Source: the human T2T-CHM13v2.0 reference genome, Homo sapiens. From it: 64,000 bases of DNA. Positions 26,909 to 47,270 of the stretch are shown in pieces (within the stretch, counting starts at the first letter, position 1; every line of letters begins with the position of its first letter). The stretch lies in assembly GCF_009914755.1 (NCBI RefSeq), contig NC_060929.1. One strand, given 5' to 3'. The position numbers and the translations under genes were made by a program. The notes under the pieces are model-generated. The model did no database searches and had not been told where the DNA came from. It saw only the letters and a program-made list of their open reading frames with translations.

Positions 26909-27852
26909 GAATAAAAAAGCTCAATATCACTGATCATTAGAGAAATGCAAATCAAAATCACAATGAGATACCATCTTATTCCAGTCAGAATGGAGGAGAA
27001 AAGGGACCATTTATACACTGTTGATGGGAGTGTAAATTAGTTCAACCATTGTAGGAAGCAGTGTGATGGTTTCTCAAAGAGCTAAAAACAGAACTACCAT
27101 TCAACCTAGCAAACCCACAACTGGGTATATACCCAAAGGAATATAAATTGTTCTACCATAAAAACACATGCACGTGAATGTTCCTTGCAGCACTGTTCAC
27201 AATAGCAAAGAGATGGAATTAACCTAAATGCCTGTCAATGACAGATTTGGTAAAGAAAATGTGGTACATATACTCCACAGAATACTACACAGCCATAAAA
27301 AGAATGAGATAATGTCACTGGCGGGAACACGGATGGAGTTGGAGGACATTATCCTTAGCAAACTAACGCAGGAACAGAAAACCGAATACTGGTCCCTTTT
27401 CTCCTAAATCTTGCCAGCAGCTGTTATTTTTTTGACTTTTTAATCACAGCCATTCTGACTGGAGTAAGATGGTATCTCATTGTGGTTTTGATTTGCATTT
27501 CTCTAATGATCAGTGACATTGAGCTTTTTTATTCTAATATTTTCTTATTCATTAGTGGTCGGCAAACTGTTTTTATAAAGATCCATTTAGTAAATGTTCT
27601 CATTTATAAGTGGGAGCTAAATTAAGAGAACTCGTGGACACAAAGAAAGAAACAATAGACACTAGGGTCTATCTACTTGATGGTGGAAGATGGGAGGAGG
27701 GGGAGGAAAAGAAAAAATAATTATCGGGTACTAGGCGTAGTACCTGGGTGATGAAATAAAATAACCTGTTACAACAAACCTCCATCACACTAGCTTACCT
27801 ATATAACAAACCTGCACATGTACCCCTGAACCTAAAATAAAAGTTAAAAAAG
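26909..27852 (+). mobile_element. 5'-truncated L1 (older L1PA/L1PB-like) carrying an internal inverted insertion
   Basis: ORF2 end plus 3' UTR ending aacctgcacatgtacccctgaacctaaaataaaag; flanks agaaaata(t/c)ta. Confidence 0.92.
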
Positions 27853-29494
27853 AGAAAATACTATGTGGCAAGTTCTATCACGAACAAATCATCATTTATA
27901 AATAACATTCTCTCTGCGTTTAAATACTCCTTGTCATCTTTGAGCGAAAAATGAGTATTAATGTAGCAAAAGATGATTTCAGCAGCCTCCATCAGCCCTA
28001 GAGTGGACCAAGGAGATGAGAGCTGGTCTGAATTCAAGGACCTAGTTCTGACTGAGGAAGTTTACTCCAAAGCAAGAGCTATTCTCTTTACAGCTCCCAA
28101 ACATGCCCACCACAAATTGCTGTTTGTTCTCAGCCTTCTTTTGCTTGTCCTCTTAGCTGAAACTTCCCCCAAGTCCTCATTCTTTTGTCACTATTTGACC
28201 TCCCTCTTCCCTTTCAGAAGGTGAAAGCATTCCCTCTCAAACCAAACATCCCTTTAAAACATAAAGGAATATTACAGTTATTTGCACTGAACTGAACCTG
28301 ACCTATACATAACGTTTTAACTCTTCAATTTGCCTGAATTTCTTTGCCTATTTTCTTCTGTTGATGAAATTAAAGACTTGGTAATTTCAGCAATTTTAGG
28401 CAATATTCATGTTTAAAAAGAAACATTTCCAGTTCCTAATTTGAGGCATTATGCCTCAAATGAACTATGAAGGCAATCTACACAAGTACTCAGATGTCAT
28501 TAATGAAAAAGGCAAACAATTTGTTCACATGTCTAAATGAAGATATTAAATAAACTCAAACTTTTTTTTAAAAAACAAGATGGAATTACTTTTGGAAAAG
28601 TTGCTTGCTTTTGATTATTGGTTACGGCTTCCGAAAACAAGTGGAAGCAGCATCCACTGTACCCAAATTTGCATCAACCTGAGACTGAAATAATTCCTCT
28701 GACAATTATTATAATTTCTACTGAAAACTTTTCCTTATACCTTTTGTCTCCCATTCTTGATGACTTAGTGATGCAAGCTAGAACCTAGCCATAATAACCT
28801 CCTCAAGATGTTCGCATATGTTTGTTCTGGAAGCTATTCAAAATAAGGTCCATGATTGTATATTTTATTCACTATGGACTATAATTCCCATAGCTATAGT
28901 GCCTTAACTAAGAATTGGGGTTCATAGTCTGATGGAACTATGAAAATACTCTAATATATTCCCTAGAGTTGGTCTCTCAGCTAAATGTGGAAGATTTAGA
29001 TAATTGAGAATTCTACATCTACTTTCAAAAGGTAATGATTAAAGAAATCCAGAAATCTTGACTAAGAATTAATTAAATCCATGATGGGGAAAACTAATTA
29101 TTAGAATACACTTGGAAATAACACAAAGTGGTAGCTTAATTTTTTATGAATTTCTTTCCTATTTACAGATATTCCCATACCCATCATTTGATCTTATATT
29201 TTCAACTTGGTTTACATTTGTACATTATTTTTATTTGCACTGGCTTTTTAAAGTAAGTTAAGTGACTTGCAAATCCAGTTACATTAACAAAAATATCAAA
29301 TATGATAAATACATTAATATCATTTAAAACTATTTCTTCCCTTTGATTTCTTATACCCAAACATTTCTAGGTCTTATCAATTCTTCCTTCACTATATCTC
29401 TACCAACCATCACTTTCTTTTCATCCCTGCTTCCAAAATTATAATACAAACCTTCACCATTTCACTCCTAGATTATTGTGACAGCCTTCTAATT

Positions 29495-29963
<469 letters not shown>

Positions 29964-30029
29964 TTCTGCTTTCTTCCTTTCTCGTTCTCCCTATTTTCAA
30001 GAAATTGTGCATATTTCTATCTGGTTAGT

Positions 30030-30560
30030 CATTCCAACATGCTATCCTTGTCCCCTGTAGAAAACCTTCAATGGTTCCCCATTATTCTCAGGATAAAATC
30101 CCAATGTCTAAACTTGAAAATAAAGGACCCACATAAAATGGTCAGAAACTACTTCTGAAATTTCCTAAAGATGACAAACGAATTCCTAGTTTCATGCATT
30201 TTGAATGCCCCATATATACCCCCCACCATCGTACTTCTCTGCAACGTGGAAAAACCTCTACTTATTCACTTCCAACTCGTTCAACTCCAAACACAAGGCA
30301 ATGTCAAATTTTTCCATGCTGCCTTCCTCGATCTTTCCTTTTTGGGAGCTCATCTACTTTATTGTTGCTATTATTCATATGGCAGTTTATCCTAGACTGC
30401 CTGTGCCGCCTCTTGAATTGTCATTTAATTTTTAATGTGAGTATGCCTGTCTCATTTTTGCACCTGATTGTGAAGTTCCTGAGTGTAAGAACATTTTTTG
30501 TATTCAACTATTCTCCTAGCATACCTATAGACAATGAATAAATAATTTTGAAATGATTAA
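30030..30560 (+). mobile_element. L2 3' fragment
   Basis: aaaaccttcaatggttcccca ... ctcctagcatacct ... aataaataattttg. Confidence 0.65.
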
Positions 30561-31171
30561 ATCAATACAAGATTGACAAAGTCTCTACTGATTTAACCCA
30601 TTATTTAGTTGATATGGTTCATTGTTTCTGAATTGCACATCGTCTACTTTAACAAAAACAGATTTTCTTATTTTATGAGCTTACACCTCTCTCATGTTCA
30701 CATACCAAAGAGCTATAACTACATCCATGACTACAAAATTGATCCCAAACCAGACAAAATGCAAGAAACAGAAGCATCAGCTACTCTGGTCTAAATGTTG
30801 TATGAAAATCTTGTTGGCTGATTCAAGTGGGAGAAAAGCTTGAAGTTATAAGCATCATTTTGACTGTTTTATACCCAGTTGCACAATCAAAAAGTGCCTC
30901 ATTTATCAGTCCCTGCTCTCAACACAACAAACAGATGCTTGTAATTTGAATTGTATGACTCTGGTATCACCACCAGACACTAGATCCTTGAAAGCACTTT
31001 AACCCTTGATAGTTAAAATAGGATATTTATCTCCCTGCCCCCAAAGAACTCCATGTCTTAAATGTAAAGTCAGAATTTACAATGCAGTAGAATCCTTGGG
31101 GTAGGGTTAGGATCCACAAAACAGACTCCCAGGAACTAGACAGTGAACTAACTGAAGGATTATCATAGGAG

Positions 31172-31899
31172 TAAAACTGTCTTTGTAAAAGTTATAACAG
31201 TGAAAAAATTATGACAGAGAAAGAGATATGACCTAACAGATTCCATCTTGCTTTTAACCTCCAAGCTGTCCTTATTCATTCCTGGGCATAGGCCAAACTA
31301 ACTTTGGGAAGAATTTAGTTTATAGTTTAACTTTGAAACAAAGATGATAATAGCCCTTTCCCAAAACAAACTCTTTTCTTGCCTGGGGACCAGACTGGCT
31401 GTTGTAGGACTAACAAATTTGCCACAAGATTAGAAATTGCGATTTAGGAATCATGCATCTAGAGGTCACAAGATTCTAAAAATCCCCAGTTGCTCCTAGG
31501 GATAACATCACTATTGTAAAACCTAAGATTGGTGCTTGAGATATTTTTTGGACCCTGAACTCGAAGGATCAGCTGGCACCACCCAGATTGATAAACTGGC
31601 TCATCTGGTCTTGTGTCCCTCACCCAGGAACCAACTCAGCTCAAGTGGACAGCTTCAACTCCCTATGATTTCATCTCCCACCGAACCAATCAGCACTCCC
31701 TGGCATCCTATCTACCAAATTATCCTTAAAAAACCCCAGTCTCTGAATTTTCAGAGAGACTGATTTGAGTAATAATAAGACTCTGGTCTCCTGTTCAGCA
31801 GGCTCTGCGTGAATTAAACTTTTTCTATTGCAATTCGTTTGTTTTGATAAATTGGCTCTGTCTGGGCAGGAGGCAAAATGAACCCATTGGGCAGTTACA
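31172..31899 (+). mobile_element. Solo ERV1 LTR (LTR8/LTR8A-like) with 4-bp TSD
   Basis: ccatcttgcttttaacctccaagctgtcctt ... aacccattgggcagttaca; GGAG at 31168-31171 and 31900-31903. Confidence 0.88.
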
Positions 31900-32939
31900 G
31901 GAGCATCGGTTGACTTAAAGATTGGCTTATCCACCTACCAGAATCTAATGTCTGCCATATTAAACACTTTAAAGCAATTAGAGCTGTCTTACTGAGAACA
32001 CTTTGGACAATAACTGATAAACTATGTAACTGAATGATCTTTTGATGAGGTCTAATTTATACTATAATTCATTTTTTAGATGTTTAAAGTAATGTATTAT
32101 GGTAATGTATAATGCACTTAGTTTCTATGACCAAAACATAGGAATAATTTCTCTGTTTAAATGGATAATTTATTTTTTGTATAAATTATAATGATTTTAA
32201 AGCCCTATAAGACTCACAGTTTTGTTATTATTATTTAAATTTTCATAGAATATTCTTTTTCCAAACAATAAAGTACAAAGGGAGGAGGCTTTAAACTAAT
32301 AGAAATTTATGTTCAAATCCCAACTCTGCAGCTGGCAGTGTGAGTCTGAATGATAATTCCTACATCAAAGGACTGTGGTAAGGATATAATAACACGTGAA
32401 TGTTGCCGTCTAGTTATTTGTTTGTTATCTGCTCCTTCCATTAGAAACCAATCCCAATGACAGAAGAGCCTGATATATAGTAGGTGCTCAGAAATCATTT
32501 GTTGAATGAATATGATCAGCTTATTTTTCTGATAAGAAAAGATTTAAGCTAATTTTTCTATATTTTAATGTAACTCACCTTAAATACTTGAGGAAAATAT
32601 TTCCCGGGAAGGAAAATGTCAAGAGGAAGCAGAAAGCATTCTTGTCTTTCTTCTTTCAGATGCAGGAAAGTAAGACTGCACTTGGTGATGAGATATGCAT
32701 ATTATCAACAAATTAATTGTACTGACAGGTTTATCAAAGAGTAGTCTGGCAATGTCAAAAACAACTGGGCATATAACTCTGAAGACTTACGACAATTAGA
32801 TCAGTTAATTTTGTGTTTTTTTAAATGGCCCATGATGTGGCTGGTGGAAAGTCTGTATTTGTTGGGTTGTACATTCTTAGGCCCCCTCATGGTTTTTAGT
32901 CACTAATACAAATATGAAAAGTAACAAGGATTACATCAT

Positions 32940-33440
32940 GCATTTATTAAATACATAATTATTGAGCACCAACTAATTGCCAGGAAATGTTCCACTCATT
33001 GGGGATACTGTGGTGAACAAAACAATCAAGGCTGCTACCCTCTGTATTTAATGTACCATGATGAACAATAACACATAATAAATCTAAAAACAAACACTTC
33101 AGAAAGGAAATAGTGAGGCATGTTATTCTGAAAAATAAAATAAGAGATATGCTAGTAGGTGACTGAAGGCTGCTTTAGATTGGGTGCCAGAGAAGACCTC
33201 CCTGACAAGTGTTCTTCGAGCTGAGAACTGAATGACATGGAGGAACCAGAAATACAAACATTGGGGAAAACATCATGGAAGGAGCAATAGGCTAGTGTGG
33301 CAGCCTTGAGAAGTGGCTGGCCCAGTTTGAATGACCAGATGGTAAGCCATTACAGGGAAAAGAAAACTAAGCCAGCAATTTTCCAAGGGCATGAGGAATA
33401 TTTCATTTTTTCTTATTTTTATATGGAAGGTATTGGACAA
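32940..33440 (-). mobile_element. L2 fragment
   Basis: ttattgagcacc ... ggggatactgtggtgaacaaaac ... gagctgagaactgaatga. Confidence 0.75.
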
Positions 33441-34369
33441 GATAATTGCCAATGATTATTATATACTAAAAAAATTCAGAAATCTGTGGTCAAGATGGTT
33501 CCTTAATCCCAACTTAACTATGAAACATTGACTCTTTCAAGTCCTTTAGTAGAAAATTCCCAAAGCTTGGGGAGTTGCACTTCTGGCTGAATGGGGTTGT
33601 AGATGTGGCAGTTGTTACAATGTTCTGTTTAGAAAAGCTAACAGTAACACCTTTCATATATGTGAGAGCTAGACAAACATGTCTAAATTACACATTCATA
33701 AGACTTCCATTGGAGAGAGAAAAAGGAAGATATACAAAATTTAATACATATAAATTAAAGCTTATTTTCTTTCACTGTGGTCCAAAACTTTAATTAGAAG
33801 AGCTTTGGTGGAAATAAGTCAGGTAATTAATTTTTATGGGATTAAAGATACTAAATAGTCATGGTATAGTAAATATAGTATATTTGTATTTGTCTACCTC
33901 AGGCATAATATGTATATTTCTACTTAGAAATTCTGAGTTAGAATTGACATATTAACTTCCACTTAATGCAAATCAACTGTGAAAATAGCTTATATATGCT
34001 TTAAATATTTAATATTTTAAAATAGTATAAAATGTAATGAAATAAACATGAAATATCAATGCTAGAATCAAGAACAACAGCCTTGAAGGATGATCAGAGT
34101 AAAATCAGGGTTTTTTTGGCATGAAATTGTAGTTTTTAATTGTAGTTTTAATATAATTTGTGCACTGCTGTATCCAATACTGAAAACCATATAATAATAA
34201 AAACCATCAAATCATATCTCTATTTCACCTTCTTAAATATGGTTTAAGAATAGTCTGGGCCACCTTGAGTAGAATATGTACATTTCTCTACAGAAATTCT
34301 AAGTTGAAATTGACATATTGACTCCCACTTGTGCAAATCAGCTGTTAAATGATATATTTCATATAACTT

Positions 34370-35108
34370 ATTTATTTAATACATATGAATAACTACTACA
34401 TGTCCTAGGTGCTAGACTATGGCACAAATATTACAAAATCCCTGTCATCCTTAAAGTAGACAATAGACAACAAATTAATATACATATTTTATCAGGTGAT
34501 AATAAGTTCTGTGGAGAAAAACAAAGATGGGGGGTGGTTAAGGAGCCTGGGAAAGGTAAGGAGCCTGGGAGAGGGAGGTATGCAATTTTACAAGATGTGG
34601 TCAGGAAAGTCCTCTCTGTTGAGGTGATTTTTGAGCAGAGATCTGAGGGAAGCTAGGTAAATGCATTACAGGCAGACAGGATTGTCAGGACAAAGTCTGT
34701 GGGGCAGGGCAAGACAACTAGGAGGCCTGTGTGGCTGGAGCAAGTTGAGGGAGAGATCAGAAAAGACAAAGCCAGGAAGATGTATGTGTGTGTGTGTGTG
34801 TGTGTGTGCATGTGCGTGTGTGTGTGTGTGTGTGTGTTTGGGGGAAGAGGTTTTAACTTTGATTCAGAATGAGATGGAAGCCTTTGACAGGTTTTGAGAA
34901 GTGTGACATGGTCTGAGTTTTATTTTAAGAAGATCATACTCTGGCTGCCATGTTGAAAACAGACGGTAGAATGGCAAGTGTGGAGATACATATAGCAGAT
35001 TGGAAGCTATTTCAACAATTAAGAAAGATAACTGGCTTGGCCCGGCGTGGAAGAAGTAGGTAGGAGAAGGGGAAGTATAGTTAAGGCTTGGTTATAATTT
35101 ACTGATAG

Positions 35109-35157
<49 letters not shown>

Positions 35158-35620
35158 TAAAAGGAAAGAAAGGAAAAGAAATTGAAGATGTTTGGTCTTA
35201 GCAACCCAAATTATAGTGCTTCTATTGAGTGAAGTGGGGTTTCTGGGGAAGGAGCAGGTTTGAAGGTTGTAAATCCAGAGTTTGTTTTAAGACAGATTAA
35301 GTTGGAGAGAATCTATTAAAGCTTCAAGTGGAGTACAAAAACATAGTGTACTTGTGTTTGTCTACCTTGAGTATAATTTGTACATTTCTCTATAGAGATT
35401 CTGAGTTAGAGTGGACATATTAACTCTCTTTTGTGGCTGAAGCTGGAGAAATAGATTTGTGAATTGTCAGTCAATGGATGACCAGCTAGGGCAGAATGGA
35501 ACAGTCTGAGGATTGAATTGGACAAATTAGAAGGAATCAGAAAAGGACACTGAAGAAAGGTGAGTCCATAGGAAGAAGAATAGAAATGGTCCCAGAAACC
35601 AAGGAAAGAGATGGTGCAAT
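34370..35620 (-). mobile_element. L2 fragment with (TG)n tracts at 34781-34836 and 35110-35158
   Basis: aggaaagtcctctctgttgaggtgatttttgagcagagatctga; ttttaagaagatcatactctggctgc. Confidence 0.75.
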
Positions 35621-36888
35621 CACAATTAAGAGTACTCTAAAGTTTATATTAATAACTGACATTAGTTATTTAAGAGGACTCAACAACTTGTTGTGGCTAC
35701 ATATTGGAGAACACTGGGAATAAGCTTTGTGGCAGCTGTCAGCTTCAGCAGACCTTGGAAAGGAAAATGGTTTGCCTTAGTTTTACAGTTTGTTTTGAGA
35801 AAGAAAACCATTCATTTGTATCCTTTCTAAGTTGCAATATAAATAACTGTCATTGTTCTTGTATTCTTCACAATAATGTCCATTAAACATATATGTATCA
35901 CATATTTTACCTCACTAGGGACTAAGGCATTGCATTATGTCAGGATTGTATTACTTTTCCCTCTCATATTCGTGTCTTACTCTTAATAGGAAGTATGAGT
36001 AAATCAGGTATTTTTCTAAAGGTAATTTTCATTTATTTAGAACACATTTCTTTTTGGTGACATAAATTATCAGGAACATCATCACTCCGGAAAAAATACA
36101 GTGGGGGTTCTCTTGTACATAATCCTTTGAAAATAACATTGAACTAAACATGAAACATACATTTATTTCTCTGAAATAATTTCTCTTGAATATTTCTACA
36201 AAAGTAATTTTTCCCCACATCTGTTATTGTCTTTAATCTCCTAGTCCCCAGAACTATCTATAACCAAGTTAGTTCCATTATTTAATCTCTACTCATCACA
36301 CCACACAAACCCCAAAATACAGGTAGTCAGTCACAAAATATAATCTATGAGAATGCTTTTTTTCCTGAACTTTTATATAATATTTGAAGGAGAAAAGGAC
36401 AATGGTGGCCCTCCCCTGCAAGCTGTGCTTCGCAGCCTGCCTAATACACCAAGACCTAAGGTAAGTGGAAAATAATCTATGCAACAAGCTCACATGTCAT
36501 CAGGAAATACTAATTAGCATTTTCTATAACAACAAAACAAAGGTGTGTGTATATACAACCGTATTACAAGAATGAGCTACTCTGCCCTTGACATATTTTA
36601 ACCAGTAGCTTTATTAATGTGAGAAAAGTTTTGAATTTGCTGCCAAGTTCATGCAAAACAAAAAAAAGTCCCAGACATACAGTGAACAATAAGACATATA
36701 ATAACTCTGGTCAAAACATGTGCCAACTGCACTTATTAAAAGGTAAACTGTAGGGAAATAAGAGTGTTCCCAGGGTAAAATCGATGCATTTAATAACTAG
36801 AGTCTGACAAGCCAATGCAATGTACATATAATTTGGTTTTAAAACCTACTTAAAACACCATTTAATCACATTGTTGTTTCACCATTAA

Positions 36889-37690
<802 letters not shown>

Positions 37691-38627
37691 ATTACTTAAG
37701 AGCTACAAGAGGTAGTGAAAGGCCAGTAAACTGTGATACAGAAGACCTGGACTCCAATCCCAATTTTAGGATCCCTAAATTTATAACCTATAATATATCA
37801 ATTAAACTCTCTGACTTTTAATGTCCTTATTCATTATTTCATATTAATACTCTTCTAACATAGCCCTGAATATTTAGGGCTTCAAATAATATGTGACTTG
37901 GTTGCTCTTGTGTTGTAAGCTTTTAGTACATACTTGACACTTGCTTAATAAAATATTTGCTGAACAAATTGTTAAAATGAATTTGAAAGACTGAAGCACA
38001 TTATTTCAATGCAACTTATTTAATCTAAAAGACCATTTGTAAACATTTAATATAACCTAATATTCTTGTCAATATCTTTATAGATTTTGTTATATAAAAA
38101 TAGATTGTTTATTAAAATAATATAGAATAAAATGTTACGATTGCATCTCTTTTTACAAACTGCTATAAACATTTAATGTAATTAAAATTAGCTTATATAG
38201 AAAATCCAAACACATAATCAGTTTAAATTCAATCAGTTGCTAAAACTAGTGACCTATAGTTTTATACTATACACAATCAATTACACAAAAAAGAGAAAAT
38301 TTGTGGGATAAATTTGGAGAAAAATAGTATTATATTTAATAATGATAAAAATATATAACCATCATTTGAAATAAAATTATTTTCTGTTATGGTTTGAAAG
38401 ATAAATAACATTAAAAAAATAAGCTTTATACTCAAGTCAGTTACTGGCACACTTGGACTCTGCTTTAAAAAAGTGTATGTGTATATGTGTGTGTATTTTT
38501 TTTTTAAAGAGGCACCTGTTTGTGCAATAGTTAAATGTCATTCAAACAATTATTTAATGTTGACTACCTGATTATCTGGAAACCTTTCAAATGATACCAA
38601 AGCCTGAAATAGATTTTCTTTTTGGGA

Positions 38628-39195
38628 TGTGGCAGACAGATATCAGGGTAACCCTCATGATTCTTTCCTCCTGGTATTCACAACTGTTTATATTTTCCTC
38701 ATCTTGAATATGGGCAGGAACTTTAAGTTGCTTCTAACAAATAAGATGTGGCAAAAGTGATGCCCTGTCACTCTTATGCTTATGCTATATAAAATCCAGT
38801 CATACTAGCAAACTCACTCTCTTCCTCTCTTGCTGGATTTGAAGAAGCAGGCTGCTTGTTGTAAAGGGTCTATGGCGAGGGCAAGGTAGTAGCGAACTGA
38901 GGATGGCTTCTAAGAGCTAATGTAACCTCTGATACGTAACCTCTGATATAAGTAACAGCCACCAAGAAGTTGCGACCGTCAGTCTTGCGGCTGCAAGGAA
39001 ATTAATTCTCTCATTATCATGAGTGACCTCAGGAGTTGATCCATCACCAGTGGTGCCTCCAGATGAAAACTGAACCCTAGTGACCTTAGATTGCAGCCTT
39101 GCAGAGGACCAGCTAGGCCATGCCTAGACTCCTGACCCTTGGAAACTGTGAGATAGTAAGTGTGTGTTGTTTTAACCCAGTAAATTTTTGAATAG
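38628..39195 (+). mobile_element. MaLR LTR (older MLT1)
   Basis: tgtggcagacag start; gactcctgacccttggaaactgtgagatagtaagtgtgtgttgttttaa end. Confidence 0.8.
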
Positions 39196-40940
39196 TTGAA
39201 ATATTCAAGGAAGCAAAATTATTCTGACAAGAATATTGCAGACTCAAAAATATATACATGTATACATAGAGATATGTAAGTACAAACAAACTGGCTTTTT
39301 GTGGGGAGAACAGATGAATTTAGTTAAAACAAAACCTTTTTTAAAAAAACAGGTTGATTCAAATTAAAAAGTATTGTTCTCGAATTGATAACAGTTGGAT
39401 AGACTCAGCAAAATACTCCCCAAGCAGGTTGGTAACGTCAAGTCTCCTTAGTTTATATCCATGAAATAGCTAATTGCCAATGCCAGTCTAAGAGTTTTAG
39501 CCTGGATTTAAGATGTGTGCTTAAAGTAAGGCTATAGAAATATTCTCAGCTCAAGAATATTATTCAGTTTTCACCTTCCTTTCTCCAACTACAGTCATTC
39601 TTAGGCACCAATTAAAATGTGTACCATACAATCTGCATGGACTTTCTAGGAGGTTTATTCTTTCATTAGATATGAAAGAATTCCAGGCCCTCATTATCAA
39701 AAAGTGGGATTAACTGTATCTGTACTTTATGCATAAATGGTCATCCCTATGTAGGTAACTACTACCCATTCTCAAATTGAGGTCAGATTCACATCCTCTA
39801 AAAGCCATATCTGACATTGTTCCATCTAATCTGATTTAGACACTTTTTATCAGTGCTTGAAGAGCACTCCATGCAAACCACTGAACCTGGTAATCATGCA
39901 CCATCTGTTCCTTTTCTTCCTTCTTGTGGGAAAGACCCTCCCTATTTTTCTTCGGCCCTCAGGTCAGTGCCTGCCACAAAGTAGACACTGAATAAACATT
40001 TGGGAACTTTTATTTTTCAAATTGGTTTTACATGTATATGCGCATATATTTTAACCTCTCAAATGTCCAAGGAATAATGTGGCAAAGATTAATTTGGTCT
40101 GTTGAGAGAAAGACAGAGCAGATGCTTTGTTATAATAACATAGCCCTATTATTAAATGAGGCATATTATATATCTATTTCTTCTATGTACATGGTAAATT
40201 TTAATTAATATTCTCTGATAACAAAAGATATAAGTATGAAATCTTGAATTGAGATTATGTAAAATAAAATTTATTGTTTAAATATTTTAAAATACACTAA
40301 AACCATAAGTAAAATTTAGACAAAACCCTAATGTTGTGCTAGCAATAACAATATATGCTGGGGCATTGATGAGGCTCATGAAGAGGCATATCTTTTTTGT
40401 CTTGTTTCTGATCCAGATGTAACCCTGTCAGCTTTAATGTCCTATCCCAGTTCACAACTCACATAACTCTGTATGGCTGCAGATAAGAATACCGAAATTA
40501 TTAAGCTAATTATAAATAACTTATAATTCTTATCTCTGCCATTTCCAAGCCCATTCTCCAAAGTAAAATAACTGTATTTCTATTACAAACACTATTTTTG
40601 TTCTAATATATTATTCTACAATCCTGTGGAAATGCTGATGTGTTGAATGTACAATTCTCCTTTAATGTAAATTGGCTTTGTGGTATTTTATATTTGCAGC
40701 TAAAAATATATTGGAAAACCTTCTTCAGCTGAAACAGGGAGTATTTTTTCGTCTACCTGGCTTTGAACTAGCAGTATGTAACATACAGAGTTAGTTGGAA
40801 GATAGTCCTTATTATGAAATAGTGGTTAGGGGAACAGACCCTGGAGCCACATTATCCAGGCTTGAATCCTGGTCGTGTGACTTTTGGTAAGCCACTTAAC
40901 TTCTCTGAACTTCAGTTTCTTCATCTGGAAAGGATAATAA

Positions 40941-41259
40941 CTTTGTAGGGACACGGATGAAACTGGAAACCATCATTCTGAGCAAAGTATAGCAAGGACA
41001 GAAAACCAAACACTGCATGTTCTCACTCATAGGTGGGAACTGAACAATGAGAACACTTGGACACAGGAAGGGGAACATCACACACTGGGGCCTGTCATGT
41101 GGTGGGGGGAGGGGGAAGGGGGAGGGAAAGCATTAGGAGATATACCTAATGTAAATGACGAGTTAATGGGTGCAGTAAACCAACATGGCAATGTATACCT
41201 ATGTAACAAACCTGCACGTTGTGCACATGTACCCTAGAACTTAAAGTATATTAAAAAAA
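40941..41259 (+). mobile_element. L1PA 3' end inserted into a MIR (MIR about 40815-40940 and 41260-41360)
   Basis: L1PA 3' UTR ending ccctagaacttaaagtat; MIR core split at ggataataa | gtgtctacctcatag. Confidence 0.92.
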
Positions 41260-41659
41260 GTGTCTACCTCATAGTGTTGGTGTGAACATTAAGTACGGTA
41301 ATGGGTGTATAATGCTAAGAATAGTACCTGCCACATAAAACATCCTTACTAAATGTTAACTACTTAATTACCTGTCTCATACATAAGCTCTATGATGTCA
41401 ATATTTCAAAGTGGGCAGGATATTAAGTGTAATAATTAAAAATTATTATTATTAGGGTTGCTAAAATATAACATGTCTAATGTTCAAAATAATTTAGGCA
41501 AAAAATTAATGTTTTTTGCAAACTTTTTTTAAAACACGAAAACAGCATAATGGCCATTCATATAATATGAACATTATTAAGTAGTGTTAATTCTCATTAA
41601 ATATAATAAGGCCTAACATTTGAAATCAAAAGTTGAGGTTATTGAGAATTTCAACAAAA

Positions 41660-42005
41660 GAAATGGGATAGATATGAGTACTACAGTGCCAGATACGCAA
41701 TATTGATTTATAGAAAAAAAACATGGACTATTAAATATATCACTGATTTTTGTTGTAACCATATCATTGATTTTTGTTGTTTGAAATGTGATGTTGATGA
41801 TAGTCTCTTGGGTAGATTAATTGCTGGTTGCTGGTTAAATACTGTACTCAGACAGTATTGATTAATAGCTTGAGATTAACCTGGAAACATGATTCAAAGG
41901 ACATCCAGAATTCTAATTTTGCATTTTAACCAACAACCTGGGTGAAGATAAGGAAGTCTGGTTTATCAATTTTGTGGGTAACAGGGCAACATGTTATAGA
42001 ATAAA
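41660..42005 (+). mobile_element. CR1/L3 ORF2 fragment
   Basis: actcagacagtattgattaatagc...aacctgga; ggtgaagataaggaagtctggtttatcaattttgtgg. Confidence 0.5.
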
Positions 42006-42014
42006 AATTATTTT

Positions 42015-47270
<5,256 letters not shown>

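Noticed and set aside
32601-32610. Palindrome TTCCCGGGAA (STAT-like N4 motif)
   Set aside because: Single isolated motif, plausible by chance in 64 kb
33871-35430. CRISPR-like repeat-spacer reading of the three-copy repeat
   Set aside because: Human DNA, divergent ~90-bp copies, irregular spacing and no cas genes
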